DNA of 64,000 nucleotides from Octopus sinensis (GCF_006345805.1 NC_043008.1:11098001-11162000); one strand, 5' to 3'. Shown: positions 11,183-25,954, counted from the stretch's first letter. Numbers and translations are program-made. Notes: generated by a model from the sequence alone, not told the origin.

Positions 11183-13242
11183 CATGTGTCTCCAGACTTA
11201 ACAACTTGCTATGCTCGTATTTCTTATTTTTCATTTTCATGTCGTCGATGCAAGAGTTTGCGTTGACAACCTCTGTCAAAATTACAGCGCTTTGTAATAA
11301 TATATCTGATATCTTGCTTCCTAGACAACAACGTGTGACCTGTGTCTTCCCTAAGGTCCCGAAATATCTCTCACCCACGGTATCTTCTCCTAGAACTCTA
11401 AAATTTAGATAAACCTTCAAATTTTATTGCTTTATTCTAATTTTCAACAGTTTAACTTCCCAGTTGCTAACTCACTCTAAAACTCTGTATTTGTGTCCAT
11501 GTGGTCTCTTTATTATTTAAGCCTATTTTTGGTATTAAGTACATATTTTATATTATTGTTACATTCAGTATTATTTCCGTTGTCTAAAATCAATATTATT
11601 TATTCTCTGGCTCTGCAAAAGCTATCTTTAATAAGGCAGTATGTGTTTTCAATTTCATTAATTTTGCGAATATTCATAAACTTCTAATAAATGGTTTATT
11701 AATTATATACATTAACAACTTAGCAAGCCGGCTCACTTACAATGGGTTATAAATAAAGAATACTTTCTATGTGTAATTATAAAGCAAATTACGTTCTTAA
11801 ATGGATGCGAGATTAACCGTACAGCAGATTTTCACAGAAGCAATAATGCCATTAGACATGAACCACTGAAATTAAGATATTTGTTCGAGGGTAGACATTA
11901 AGAGCATACTATCTAATTAAGCTACTTTTTGAAAAGATACTCTTGAAATATATGAAACTTGTTAAGGTAAATCTCGCATTAATTAATAATTTAATTAATA
12001 AATTAATAAATTAATTTACAGTATCGTGCCGTCGGATAAATGATCAAAACTTAGGATTTATTTCGCGGCATGTCTTTTTTGGTTAAACAGAAGCATTCAT
12101 TCAAATATCCTGTTTTTAAATCTTCTATGTCTGGGAAATATAAACGAAGTAAAGCAGTAATTATTAGAAAACCCGTGAGACATTACTTAAATACAAGTAA
12201 ACATCAACTATTGAAACACGTATCGTAGACATATCGGATGTCGTCTACTTTCACACAATCGAAATTAAATTTTCGTGGATATTTTACAAAATCTTATTTG
12301 GTTTCCAACGTCTGACTAATGCGATTAAGCGGATAGGATAAAAATACGAGATATGAGCTGCGCTAAAATTGGATTAATATTTAGCGACATATTTAAAATA
12401 TCTCATGATAGACAACACATTAAAACATTTCGTGAATAAACTGCTGCGTTTTTAAACATCATTCTATTATATTTAAAATTCCGCTAGGTTTAGACTACAT
12501 AGCTAGCATGAATTTGTGTTTAACACATTCAAGTTACTAGGCTTGACATTAAAACTGGAAACTAAAGTTTACATATCTTTCAGATGAAACCATGCGTGAC
12601 ACATTTCAGGAAGAAGGCTTCTAATAATATACAAATTTGTTTATAATGAAATATACTTCAAAATAATTGTGGCAATATTTTAAGATCAGTTATATACTAG
12701 ATGTTTAACCAAGATATTAAAAATTATTTACTATTTCAGATAAATATATCACTTCATATGAAAGATTTATGAAGATAAATTACAGAAAAGGTAACTTATT
12801 ATTCGGTTGCATATTATTATATCAGTACAGATTGTGTTTAGACATTTATACAGTTATTCTACGACGCTCTGCGTATGTAAGGATTTCAGTAATGAACTCT
12901 TTAACTATGCAAAGAAATAAAGCCCATGGTAACTGGCTGAGAAATAAGTACTTTAAATTAAGAACAGTATACAGGCATACGTATACATATACATACATAC
13001 ATAATTACATACACTCACATATATTCGAATTTGTGTATATATATGTATGAAATTATATAGCAGTCGAATAATGTTACAGCATGGTCTGGTTATCACGTTT
13101 GTTTATTATTATATTCTTTTTACAATGTTGAAGTGTGTTAAACATTCAAAAATATATTTAGTAATGTTCATAAAGTTGAATTAGCGCTTTCATACGCTCG
13201 TAGTAATCATCAGATTTCAAAATGTATTCCCTGACTGTTGAG

Positions 13243-13419
13243 TTGAGTTCGTGACAACTGTAGTAAAATGACTGACTTGTTACTTTTTATACCTTTTAGA
13301 GGGATGTAACAAGCTGCATTTTCGACATTGGTATCAGCATGCAGCTGATACCAATGTCGGAGCCATCTAAAAGGTATAAAAAGGTACAAGGCCTTTTACT
13401 ACAGTTGTCAAGAACTCAA
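13243..13419. mobile_element. Foldback element or MITE (177-bp imperfect palindrome)
   Basis: 26-bp outer arms with 1 mismatch, a middle ataccttttaga/tctaaaaggtat stem, and a perfect 16-bp inner stem (13323-13338 / 13344-13359). Confidence 0.75.
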
Positions 13420-13539
13420 AACAGCGTTGCTTAACATCTCTTCTCATGTTTCTTCTGGAAATATAAAGGATGCAACGTCACATCTACAGGCTTATCAGTA
13501 AAAACATTTCTGCAAGTTATAATGTTAATCGAGCATCAA

Positions 13540-14545
13540 TCAAATTATGGGTCTCTGTTTATACCCGTCAAAAAATATTGACAATATTGACAATATTGGC
13601 AGAAATGGTAGCCTCCTCTGAACATGTATTAGATACATAATATCCACCTTCACTTCCCATTTGGGTGTGCTTTGCTCTTGAGAAGCAGGAGATGGCGAGT
13701 AAATATCTGATCTACAACAGAGATACAGATGTCCCTAAACGTTGTGATAGGAAATGTTTAATTTACCATCACAGTGGATAATATATTTCACATCGCCCAT
13801 AGCTCCCAAAACACGAGAGCTTGAAACGTTCTCCAGGATAGGCAGTACCCAATTTAACTAATAAATGATGGGATTAAACGTGCAAAATCGAGTGACATAA
13901 AAACATTCAGAAAAGTCGAACGCAATAATGCACCAACTCTGAAAGCACTATTTTATGTCTCCACATAAAACCCCAGAAACAAAGAAGCGTTCAAGATCAT
14001 TGTCCAAAATCTCCCAATTCTCCATAAGGACCCAAAACCTAAGGAAATTGTACGTAACCATAAAATCATTCAAAGCAGTAAACAACTAAAGACATTAAAG
14101 AAGATCCTCACAAATGCTATATTATTTTCAAGAATAATGGACGCAAGAGTAAAAAAAATGTGGTCGTTCTAACTGCGAAACATGTCCCAATCTTTTGAAA
14201 GGATCAGAATTCCATTTTAGACAAAGGCAAATATTCAAAATTAAATCCAACTTCCTGAAGATCACATTCATGTAATCCGATGCTCGGGCATCCATATAAA
14301 CTATATAGGGTCTACAAGAACATCTATCAGACGAAAATGTAAAGTCCACAGACAATAGATATCTTCCCCGCAATATCACCAAATATATCTCAGTGAACAC
14401 ATTGACAGATGTGCAGAACAACTGCAACCACAATTCCTAATCTTCCCATTATAACAATTTGCTGTTTGGACCTCAACACAGATGTAACTAAGTAAAGAGG
14501 TCTCATTTAACGGAAAATATAAACCAGAATAAAATGTAAACTCAT
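13540..14545 (+). pseudogene. Penelope-like retroelement remnant: RT thumb, linker and GIY-YIG endonuclease, many stops and frameshifts
   Basis: Pieces translate as NPRNKEAFKIIVQNLPILHKDP..LKKILTNA, KKCGRSNCETCPNL (CxxxxCxxC linker), VIRCSGIHINYIGSTRTSIRRK..VHRQ, LSEHIDRC, and KYKPE. Confidence 0.85.
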
Positions 14546-14878
14546 ATTGAAAAGTAAAGATTTACCCCATCCATTAAATATAATATTGATATAAGCGAGA
14601 TTCAAATACAAATCTATATTACAAATTACAGATTTTCGTCCCCTTTCTTGAAAAATACCTTTTTTCTACCAATTTTCCCCCCAAGCAAACAAAATCCCTT
14701 CTGAATTATATTCAGCCCACAAACTTTAAAAAGCGTTGCCTAAACAGGTTATCAATTATGTTGGAAGAAGAAAATCTTATATTTTGTAAAATATTATATT
14801 AACTTTTGCCATGATGATTTTAATACATATTTTAGTCGTGTTAGATAAATCTTCTGTGTTTCTTCGTTTCCTCCCATT

Positions 14879-15006
<128 letters not shown>

Positions 15007-16694
15007 ATACATATATATTCTTGTCACACATATACGGCGTAATTTAATGGTTGTATATGTTTTTTATTTATATTCCATAAATATATATTCCTACCACTCA
15101 CCTTCAAAAGATTTCGTTTCATGCAGTCTAAACTCTGGAATCATTACTAAGTTTAAGATAAGTTTCCATATCACAGATATCTTTCAGCTGTCTTTGTACA
15201 TTCGAAATACGATTTCCCGTAAAAAAAAAAGATAATTGTTTTGAATGATCAGTGTCGAAAATATCATTTATAATGTATAAGGAATATAAGGCATGAAATT
15301 CGATTTAAATATGAATGTATTCATGGAATTTGTTACATCAGACATCATACATGAAAGGATTTCGTCTGGTGACTTCGGAGTTAGTAGACAATATTATTTT
15401 CTGTGTATTTGTTTCTGAATGTAAAAACAAAAAAAAAAACAGTAGTTGATAATTAAATGAGGAGACGTCAACAAAAACAAAACTTGGAAGAGTAATACCA
15501 ATAGAAATCAATAAAAGATATCAGATGAAATATTAAACAAAACTCCGAGAGCAATTATGCCGGAATAACTCAATGCTTGGTTTTCATGTAATATGTATAA
15601 TCTAATTGGTTCTGCAATTTAGACGTAATTACGTCATTTGTAATTCTAGACAAAATCCATCACATATTGTACTTGTGCAACCAACCACAAAACACGTGTT
15701 TGCGTAGACGGATATATGATTCCGCTCCAAAGCTATTACATGACATCAACGAATCATTCAATATTTAAAATTGCCTTGGACACACCAGAACATCATAACA
15801 TGTAAAGAAGTTAATCGCTGTATATTTTCACACGTGTATTACATATGAAAGTATGCAATTAACCTTCGTATTATATACAGGAATTTTTGTCCAACAGTAA
15901 TGAAATCCTTTATATTAATAATAAATATTAACGGATAAAGAATGCTCGAATTACAACACAATATCAGTCTCATCGCAAGTTTTTTTTTCCATTTTATCCT
16001 CTGAAGTTTACAAAAAAGCAAAACAAAACGAAATCAACTCTCTCGCCTCCCTCAAAGACAATTTGGCAACAGTTATTCACATACATACCAAAAAATGAAA
16101 AAAAAAAAAAATCATCACCACAAAACATACGGAAAGCTCACAAATAAAATAACATACCGCCATCAAAACACAAGGACAAAAGCAAAACTGGATGGTGGCG
16201 GCGTAATGACTTTGGTTTGATAAATACCTCTTTTACTGAGTTGCTGTTTTCTATATAGTTTAGAGCTGTTTGGAGTTACAGTATAGACACAAAAGGAAGG
16301 CGGAATCCATTTTTAGTCTCGTAAGAGAATAGTTAACGTTTTCCATTGCTAAATACCATTCATCACTGATTTTAAAGGCAAACACATAAAACACATACAC
16401 ACGAGTACATGCTTACATATGCACACATATTTACACATATGCTTACGACATAAGAATTTTGAAATTTTGGTAGACATGAAATCGTTTTGAATAATGAACC
16501 TGGAAGAAGAGAAAGCTATAATCACATATTAAGCTATAAAAAACTTCGAATAGAAAAAGTTTAAGACTGCCACTGCAACTGGAAACCATCTACTTTATCC
16601 AAACTTTTCTACGAAGAGATTTTTCTAAAACAAAACACTGCGTCGTGCATTTTAACGTTACATATAGATTAGGAACAAAACATAGATGCCAGTA

Positions 16695-17850
<1,156 letters not shown>

Positions 17851-17894
17851 TATGTATGTGTTATAGCTATATCTTTGTGTGGGTGTGTATGTGT

Positions 17895-18095
17895 TAGAGT
17901 CCGTCTTTATCCTCCACCACTGTTTAGAAACCAGTGCTGAAAACCAACCACGTAACGTGGCGCTACGGCGTCAGAGACAGGCAGAATAAGTACCATGTTT
18001 TTAAACCTATATATACTGGGGTCAATTCTTTCGAATAAAGATCTTCATGGCGCGGCCCCAGCATGGCGCAGCCTGGTAACTGAAACAAATTAAAA
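17895..18095 (+). mobile_element. SINE family B 3' half, diverged
   Basis: agaataagtacc...ggggtcaatt...ccccagcatggcgcagcc...ctgaaac. Confidence 0.65.
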
Positions 18096-19029
18096 ACGAT
18101 AAAACTAAAAGAACATGGTAGCAAAGATTTCAATAAGAAGAATTTTATGTAATCTTATAAAATCTCATCCAACAATTTCTGATAGAATGGTTCCAATTGT
18201 TATGTCTAGATGGGTGGGTTGCATTTACGTATTTCCAATTCAATTTACCACTGGTGAATATATCATTATATGGTCGAGAAAATTACCAGAAGAAATCCGT
18301 TTACCAGAATCTTCGGCAAATCATAATTCAGGAGATTCTGTATAATAGCTTCAATTAATGTAACTCGCTGCAATTAATATATTGCGAAAACTCAGGCAAC
18401 CAAATGGAATTATATCCTTACTATAGTCTTAATAACTCATCCATCTTAACATGCATTTACAAGTAATAACCATATTTAATATTCAGGCAATTATTATTGT
18501 TTATTAGCCTTCGATCGGCTCTGATGGCGCATACCTATTAACATTCCAGCGATTACAATCCAGCTTTCTCTTCAGAGATAAGTGAACTACCTAATTTCGA
18601 ATTCTACCCCATTCCGAAGCACCTTCTGCCAATCCTATTCAATTCACCAAAGTGATGTTAATGAAATTAAGTAAAAGAGGAATGTTTGTGGACGCCATTT
18701 ATGACTTCGTAGATTTAATCCGTTTTCCGGTTTGGCACCGCAACGTGAGATTTTGATGGCTTCGTCAGTGGGATCTGAACACTGCAACAGAGATGAAAGA
18801 ATTGTGTGGATAGCAAGGGAGAATACGTTGAAAAATAAATCTCATTTGCCCTGCACTGGAAATATTTCTGACTGTTCTTAATTAAGAATAATTTCACTTC
18901 CAACCGGATATACCGAACCAAAAATTTCCTACTGGTCTTATGTTGAAACTCATCAATCACAGTTGTCACACCTACCATAAAGTGTCATTCCAAAAAAATA
19001 AAAATAAAAATAAAATAAAAATATGGATC

Positions 19030-19441
19030 TTTTCGGTTTGAACGGCAGTTTTTAACATAGTTTCTAGGTAACTAAATAATTTTGAACTTCGTATACTGGT
19101 AGAATGTGTTTATAAAACATCTTTTTCTCTTGGCTTTATTGAGAAAATTCTATAGTTTGTAAGATATCTGTTGTTTTTTTTCTCCAATTTCTGCAATTTT
19201 AACCAATCAGTGACGTCTATTGAGGTGAAAAGTATTCTGTGCCGTATTAATATGTCCCTCGTTTAAGAAACCGATTGGGTTGTTTTACATTTGTGAAGAA
19301 AAAAGATACCCTTCCCCCACACCTAACCCTAACCCTAACCCTAAAAGAGATTGAAATGCAATAGATCGATACTAGGGTCAAAATTTTGGGTGACAATTTC
19401 ATATGACACCGCTAGGGAAAACCTGCCGTTCAAACCGAAAA
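19030..19441. mobile_element. MITE with 24-bp TIRs and an internal (CCCTAA)n tract
   Basis: ttttcggtttgaacggcagttttt (19030-19053) versus aaaacctgccgttcaaaccgaaaa (19418-19441), 1 mismatch; the telomere-like tract is at 19322-19344. Confidence 0.85.
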
Positions 19442-20030
19442 TGTGCAAAATATATATATAATAATAACATTCGCGTCATTGAAAGCTCAAAGCTACAATG
19501 TGAATAACAAATCATTATATTTCAATGAGTAATCTGAGTGTTAAAGGGTTAAGAAGAATTTGACTGCTCCTTTTAGTTTATCTCGCGATTAGACTCCATT
19601 ATTTTATGAGTCACTGGGTTATTGTTTTACCTGAGATTTAATTATACTTTATATATTATTTTTACAAAAACAAATAACACCTTCTTACTTGAGACACTAT
19701 AATGATTTTTCTTTATTTGAGTTTAATGTAGTATCGAGTCTCTAGACTTCGAGCAAAAAGAGAAAATGAACCCTCTCGTACCCCGCCCCCGCCAAATAAC
19801 AAACAACAAAATAAAAAGAAAGAGTCCATATTTCACAAATATATTGGAAAGTCTTTAGAAATATTTCATGACAGAAATTAGATTTATGCTTTTTCTAAAA
19901 AAAATATGTGAATATGTCTTTCTTTTTAGGTGCAGCTGTATATAAGTAGATTTATGTAAACATCTATATATTCACACATTCATATACATGGGCACAAACA
20001 CAGACATATGCATATGTACCTGTCCATCTG

Positions 20031-20059
<29 letters not shown>

Positions 20060-20068
<9 letters not shown>

Positions 20069-20103
20069 CACACACACACACACATATATATATATACATA
20101 TAT

Positions 20104-20146
<43 letters not shown>

Positions 20147-21217
20147 CATATACATATATATATATACGTTTATGGAATCGTGTATACACACACACACACA
20201 CAAAGGAATGTTAAACGAACAAGAACTCAATGCCACATCAATAGTCTATGATCGGGATGTCAATTTAATATAGATATTTATTCAGATGTAACAAAACATA
20301 AAAAATGTATTAAATTGTAGCTTCAGATAGTTTTTACTATTTCCCAAACCCCAACATTTAAGAGCGGCGGATATCTATGTTATCAGAATACTACAATATA
20401 ATTGGCTTTAGTTTCTATTGACACCAGAAGTTTATATATGGGGTGTTTATAACTCCTAAACTGCTACAGTTTGCCTTTCGTTTATAGATAATAGCCAACC
20501 CATGGATCAAGACTGCCTCCGTAATTGTATCTCATACATATTGAACCTGGGATATATTTGGGAATCAATTACGTCTTATTTAATTTCGTTGCGGCTATAC
20601 GTGTCTCATGCTTATTTTAGTTATTGAAGACTTTGATAACTGATGCCAAATGTGTATTCTCGAATCGTTTTTAAATGATGCCACGAGCGACCGTCTATTA
20701 AATTGATTCACTTACTATTTTTATCTGCAAATATATGTCGGATGGAAGCTAGAATCTTCCAAAAACAGATCGCTCCAGGACACACTTTTCGTTTTCCCAC
20801 TGAGTTAAATTTATTAATATAAGTAAAGTATTAAAACCTTAATAAGATATTGCATTGCAAGCGATATGTATAGAGATATTGTGTGAGAATGAGAGAAAAA
20901 ATAAGATTATGCATCGTTTATAAATATGTGTCTGCCTTTAATCATGCATTCCTGCTTTTACTGACGCATACCTCGACACTCACCACTCGTATGGGTATGT
21001 GTGGGTGTATAAAAGTGTGTGTGCGGTTGTGTCTGTACATATACAATCGCACACGCACACACACACACACAAACACGTACACACATATACGCATACACAC
21101 AAATATATTGAGTGAAACGCTTCCATTTTTATGTTCAAATATATTTAATTATATATGCATATACATGTATGTATGATTGTGTATGTCAGTGTGTGTGTAT
21201 GCATGTATGTGTATATG

Positions 21218-21250
<33 letters not shown>

Positions 21251-21300
21251 ATATATTATATATATATATATACATACACACACACACACATATATATTAC

Positions 21301-21362
<62 letters not shown>

Positions 21363-22417
21363 ATATACGTTTATGGAATCGTGTATACACACACACACAC
21401 ACAAAGGAATGTTAAACGAACAAGAACTCAATGCCACATCAATAGTCTATGATCGGGATGTCAATTTAATATAGATTTTATTCAGATGTAACAAAACATA
21501 AAAAATGTATTAAATTGTAGCTTCAGATAGTTTTTACTATTTCCCAAACCCCAACATTTAAGAGCGGCGGATATCTATGTTATCAGAATACTACAATATA
21601 ATTGGCTTTAGTTTCTATTGACACCAGAAGTTTATATATGGGGTGTTTATAACTCCTAAACTGCTACAGTTTGCCTTTCGTTTATAGATAATAGCCAACC
21701 CATGGATCAAGACTGCCTCCGTAATTGTATCTCATACATATTGAACCTGGGATATATTTGGGAATCAATTACGTCTTATTTAATTTCGTTGCGGCTATAC
21801 GTGTCTCATGCTTATTTTAGTTATTGAAGACTTTGATAACTGATGCCAAATGTGTATTCTCGAATCGTTTTTAAATGATGCCACGAGCGACCGTCTATTA
21901 AATTGATTCACTTACTATTTTTATCTGCAAATATATGTCGGATGGAAGCTAGAATCTTCCAAAAACAGATCGCTCCAGGACACACTTTTCGTTTTCCCAC
22001 TGAGTTAAATTTATTAATATAAGTAAAGTATTAAAACCTTAATAAGATATTGCATTGCAAGCGATATGTATAGAGATATTGTGTGAGAATGAGAGAAAAA
22101 ATAAGATTATGCATCGTTTATAAATATGTGTCTGCCTTTAATCATGCATTCCTGCTTTTACTGACGCATACCTCGACACTCACCACTCGTATGGGTATGT
22201 GTGGGTGTATAAAAGTGTGTGTGCGGTTGTGTCTGTACATATACAATCGCACACGCACACACACACACACAAACACGTACACACATATACGCATACACAC
22301 AAATATATTGAGTGAAACGCTTCCATTTTTATGTTCAAATATATTTAATTATATATGCATATACATGTATGTATGATTGTGTATGTCAGTGTGTGTGTAT
22401 GCATGTATGTGTATATG

Positions 22418-22450
<33 letters not shown>

Positions 22451-22460
22451 ATATATATAA
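20060..22460. repeat. Near-perfect 1.2-kb tandem duplication with breakpoints in (TA)n
   Basis: 20281-21240 is identical line by line to 21481-22440; ORFs 20883..21176 and 22083..22376 are identical. Confidence 0.95.
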
Positions 22461-22669
22461 GTAGATATTAATCAAATTAATTTTGAATTTTACATCCTTA
22501 TTATTTTAAATTCATATCATATATATATATATATATACATACACAAATATGATATATATTTAAATTAATTAGGGTAAAAATTCGAATATTAATTTGGTTA
22601 ATATCTCTGTAAAACCAGTGGTCTAGCATAAATATCTGAAGATTCAGAAAAATTACATTACATACATAT

Positions 22670-22816
22670 ATGAGGGATGACCTGTAAGTGGACATCCATT
22701 ATGCTAGAAGAAGATCCAGTGTTTGATAATTTTCTTGAGAACATTCTTTTCTTTGTGGTAAGACCATAGCGGATCTTCTAGCATAGTGGGTGTCCATTTA
22801 CAGGTCATCCCTCTTA
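22670..22816. mobile_element. Mariner-type MITE (about 145 bp; 43-46-bp TIRs)
   Basis: gagggatgacctgtaagtggacatccattatgctagaagaagatcc (22672-22717) versus ggatcttctagcatagtgggtgtccatttacaggtcatccctc (22771-22813), TA-flanked. Confidence 0.8.
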
Positions 22817-22890
22817 TATGTAATATATGTACATATATGATATATATATATATATGTATATATATATATTATATATATAATATATATATA

Positions 22891-22930
<40 letters not shown>

Positions 22931-23308
22931 GATATATATATGTACACGGTTATATATGTGCATAGGTAGATAGATACACTTACGCACATACGGACAAACA
23001 CACACAGACACACACCGAATACTTAACCACAACGCTCAAATATAAATAGATAAATAAATAAATATGCTTCCAGCAACGGAGATTATGTCTCTGAAAGATA
23101 ACTGTTTTCTAAGATTTCTAATTTTTAAATAACACACATTCATCGCTATTCGGGCCAACTTCAGCTGCCCAACCAAAATAAGAAAGGTATCAACTCACTT
23201 AACAGTGCTCGATAACCATTGCACTACTCATTCCTCAGTCTCTTCGTCTAATATTTTACGCTAACGTTCATAGCACCCTGAAACATCGTTAATATGTATT
23301 GCTGTTAT

Positions 23309-23515
23309 AAGGTGGCGAAATGCCAGAAACAGCGCTTCGAACAAAATGATCAGTAGCAATTTACCTGGTCTTCCGCAATTTACCCGGTCGACTTTGCCTT
23401 TCATCTTTTAAAGCTCGATAAAATAAATACCAGTAGAGCACTGGGGTCGATATAAACAACCATCCCCCTTCCGCAAAAAATTCTGGCCTTGTGCCACAAT
23501 TTGAACCCAATTTTG
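23309..23515 (+). mobile_element. SINE family A, diverged
   Basis: ggtggcgaaatgccagaaac...ggtcgactttgccttt...gcactggggtcgat...ggccttgtgcc. Confidence 0.75.
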
Positions 23516-23756
23516 GAACCCAGTATGTGTTGCTGTACTTTTCAGTTGACGACCACTGAGTTATATCAAAAGCTGTGAATCTTTGCACGAAATTTAAATT
23601 GCATAGCAACATATTGAATGTTGGCATATTGGGAGAAAAAGATATACTGTTGGAGCGGTAGGGCCAATTTAATAATATAATATATATATATATTATATGT
23701 GTATATGTTAAGAAACACACAACGCATACGCATATGAACGATGTATGCAAACTTGC

Positions 23757-23917
23757 CCACGCGGCCAATTATTGAGCAGTAGATCAATTCTGGCTGAGTA
23801 CAAAAAGAAAATGTTGACTGATTATTTCCCAAAAAACAGAATGAAGTGTTTGTGAAATTTATTCCATTCACTTCAAATCCTAGAATCCACGCTCCATAGT
23901 TATTTATTTCTTGAAAT
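23757..23917 (-). CDS. Candidate exon FQEINNYGAWILGFEVNGINFTNTSFCFLGNNQSTFSFCTQPELIYCSIIGRV (extracellular-like, unknown)
   Basis: Strong acceptor tttctctgcggtttctctcag|; only one frame open; three N-glycosylation sequons; possible GC donor gg|gcaagt. Confidence 0.35.
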
Positions 23918-25315
23918 CTGAGAGAAACCGCAGAGAAATTGGTCTTGATGTAAAATGGATAAGTTCGTTGAAAGAAACGAAAATGTGACAAACGCACCAT
24001 TTCATTCTAAACAAGTAATAGTCTGTAAAATTTTGTGGAGAAATGCGAATGGTTTATTATATGTACCATAATTCTAGTAAATTCTATTTTTTATTTTTCA
24101 GAATACGCGAAGAAAGTGATATCTTCCCAGGAGTGTACAACAAATTAAGCTGTATTAACTTCTGAAGGTTTAATGATTTTATGATACGTGCTGCAAGCAC
24201 ATATCTCGTTTAACATTGCCTTATACTTTTACAAAATACTGCTTTCAGAAAATTAAATTAATTGCAATAATTTATTAAATTAAAGCTGTCGCATACGACT
24301 TGAAAATGAAAGAAAAGTTTCCACTCAATAAAGAATGAAGTAAAGAATTTCAAAATGGTTTTATACGAAAGAAAAAAATTGCTTCTTGAAATCTAATTTT
24401 ATTCTGTTTCAACGGTAAAGAAATGAAGAAACGAAGGGAGTCAACTGAATCATAAACATCCATAACCAGGTGAGAATTTTAAGGGAATCCTTTAGAGAAT
24501 TCAACCCCTAGCAGCAATTCAATGAAAAGAGAGGAAAATTAATTTTTCCAGGTTCCTTTGAAAGAAACCTTAACTATTCGAATTGAGTTCAAAATATTTT
24601 ATTAAATTGTGGAACACTACGTTTGCACATGTATGTGTGCGTGTGTGTGTGAATACGTGTACGTTTGAATGTTTTTGTATTTGCGTGGGTTTGTTTAAAT
24701 GAATGTGTACGTGTAAACTATTTAATGAAAATTTAATCAATATCAAGTGAGGCCGGAGGTGCGCTGCATATAAAATCCAGTCGATCCATTTAGCAAGGAG
24801 TTTCATGTTTTGTGCAGCTTTCCTCACTGCTTATTCTGTCGCCCTGTTCAACTATATTACCGCGGTCTTGCCACAGCACTTTTTACCTGAGGTTTCCACT
24901 GTATATATAGAATGGTATACCTGTGTTAAGTGACTGACTCAGCGCGGGTCCACATTTACTCTTTTACCCCTTTACTTGTTTCGCACACACAAACACAAAC
25001 ACGCGGGCGAACACACGCCCCCCCACCCACCCATATTTCTACATGTAAAAAATTTTAATTTACACCGGAGAATAGAAGACAGAAAAAAGATACAACAGGT
25101 GTAAATAAAATTGTTTTCTTAATAAATTCCAACACAGAAATTATTGACAAATAGTCAGTGTGTATCGATGAGTTTTAATTCTATCGATTCCGTTTGTAGC
25201 TCAGTGTCCAGATGCAATTATTTACAATAATATAATATAATAATATAATATAGAGGTGTCAATCATATCAAAGTAATATATACAGCCCTCCGAGGAATCA
25301 CACACCTACACACAC

Positions 25316-25380
<65 letters not shown>

Positions 25381-25381
<1 letters not shown>

Positions 25382-25672
25382 TTGTATTTAGGAATGGTCA
25401 TTTTGCCAGTTTAGCCAATAAAAACACACGCACTATATATTTGGTGTTACTTTGCTTCAGTGTTATTTATTTTTTACATTAATCTTAATCTTATTTCGGC
25501 CAGAGTTCTTTCGTCACACTCCTGTGACCGCATCAGTGGTCCTTTATTTTCTTCTTACTTATTTGTGTCTCTCCTTAGTGCGTGTGTTTTTATTGGCTAA
25601 ACTGGCAAAATGACCATTCCTAAATACAACAATATCTGTTTCAACACACGACTTCACATAAAAAATCTTGCA
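25381..25672. mobile_element. Penelope-like remnant: perfect 55-bp inverted arms enclosing a hammerhead relic
   Basis: 25381-25435 is the exact reverse complement of 25576-25630. The loop holds a minus-strand hammerhead-like motif at 25498-25542. The tail aatatctgtttcaacacacg is shared with 62877. Confidence 0.75.
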
Positions 25673-25846
25673 CAACAAATATTTAAACGTACTATATATA
25701 TATATATATATATACGCACATACAGACATAGATATATCTGTATGTATGTATATATATGTATTTACACTACACACACATACATGTATATATGTATGAATAC
25801 ACACACACACATATACATATATATGTAAGCATGTATATGTATATAT

Positions 25847-25877
<31 letters not shown>

Positions 25878-25905
25878 CGTGTAACCTATAAACATGTTTT
25901 CACCA

Positions 25906-25945
<40 letters not shown>

Positions 25946-25954
25946 CATGTATAT

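Noticed and set aside
18720-18775. Minus-strand CUGACGAAGCC motif
   Set aside because: No GAAA after the putative stem II.
19322-19344. (CCCTAA)n as a telomere or chromosome-fusion site
   Set aside because: Only about 4 units, inside a TIR-bounded element.
24101-24166. Strong acceptor at 24100 followed by IREESDIFPGVYNKLSCINF*
   Set aside because: All three frames stop within the segment, and the donor (gtttaa) is poor.
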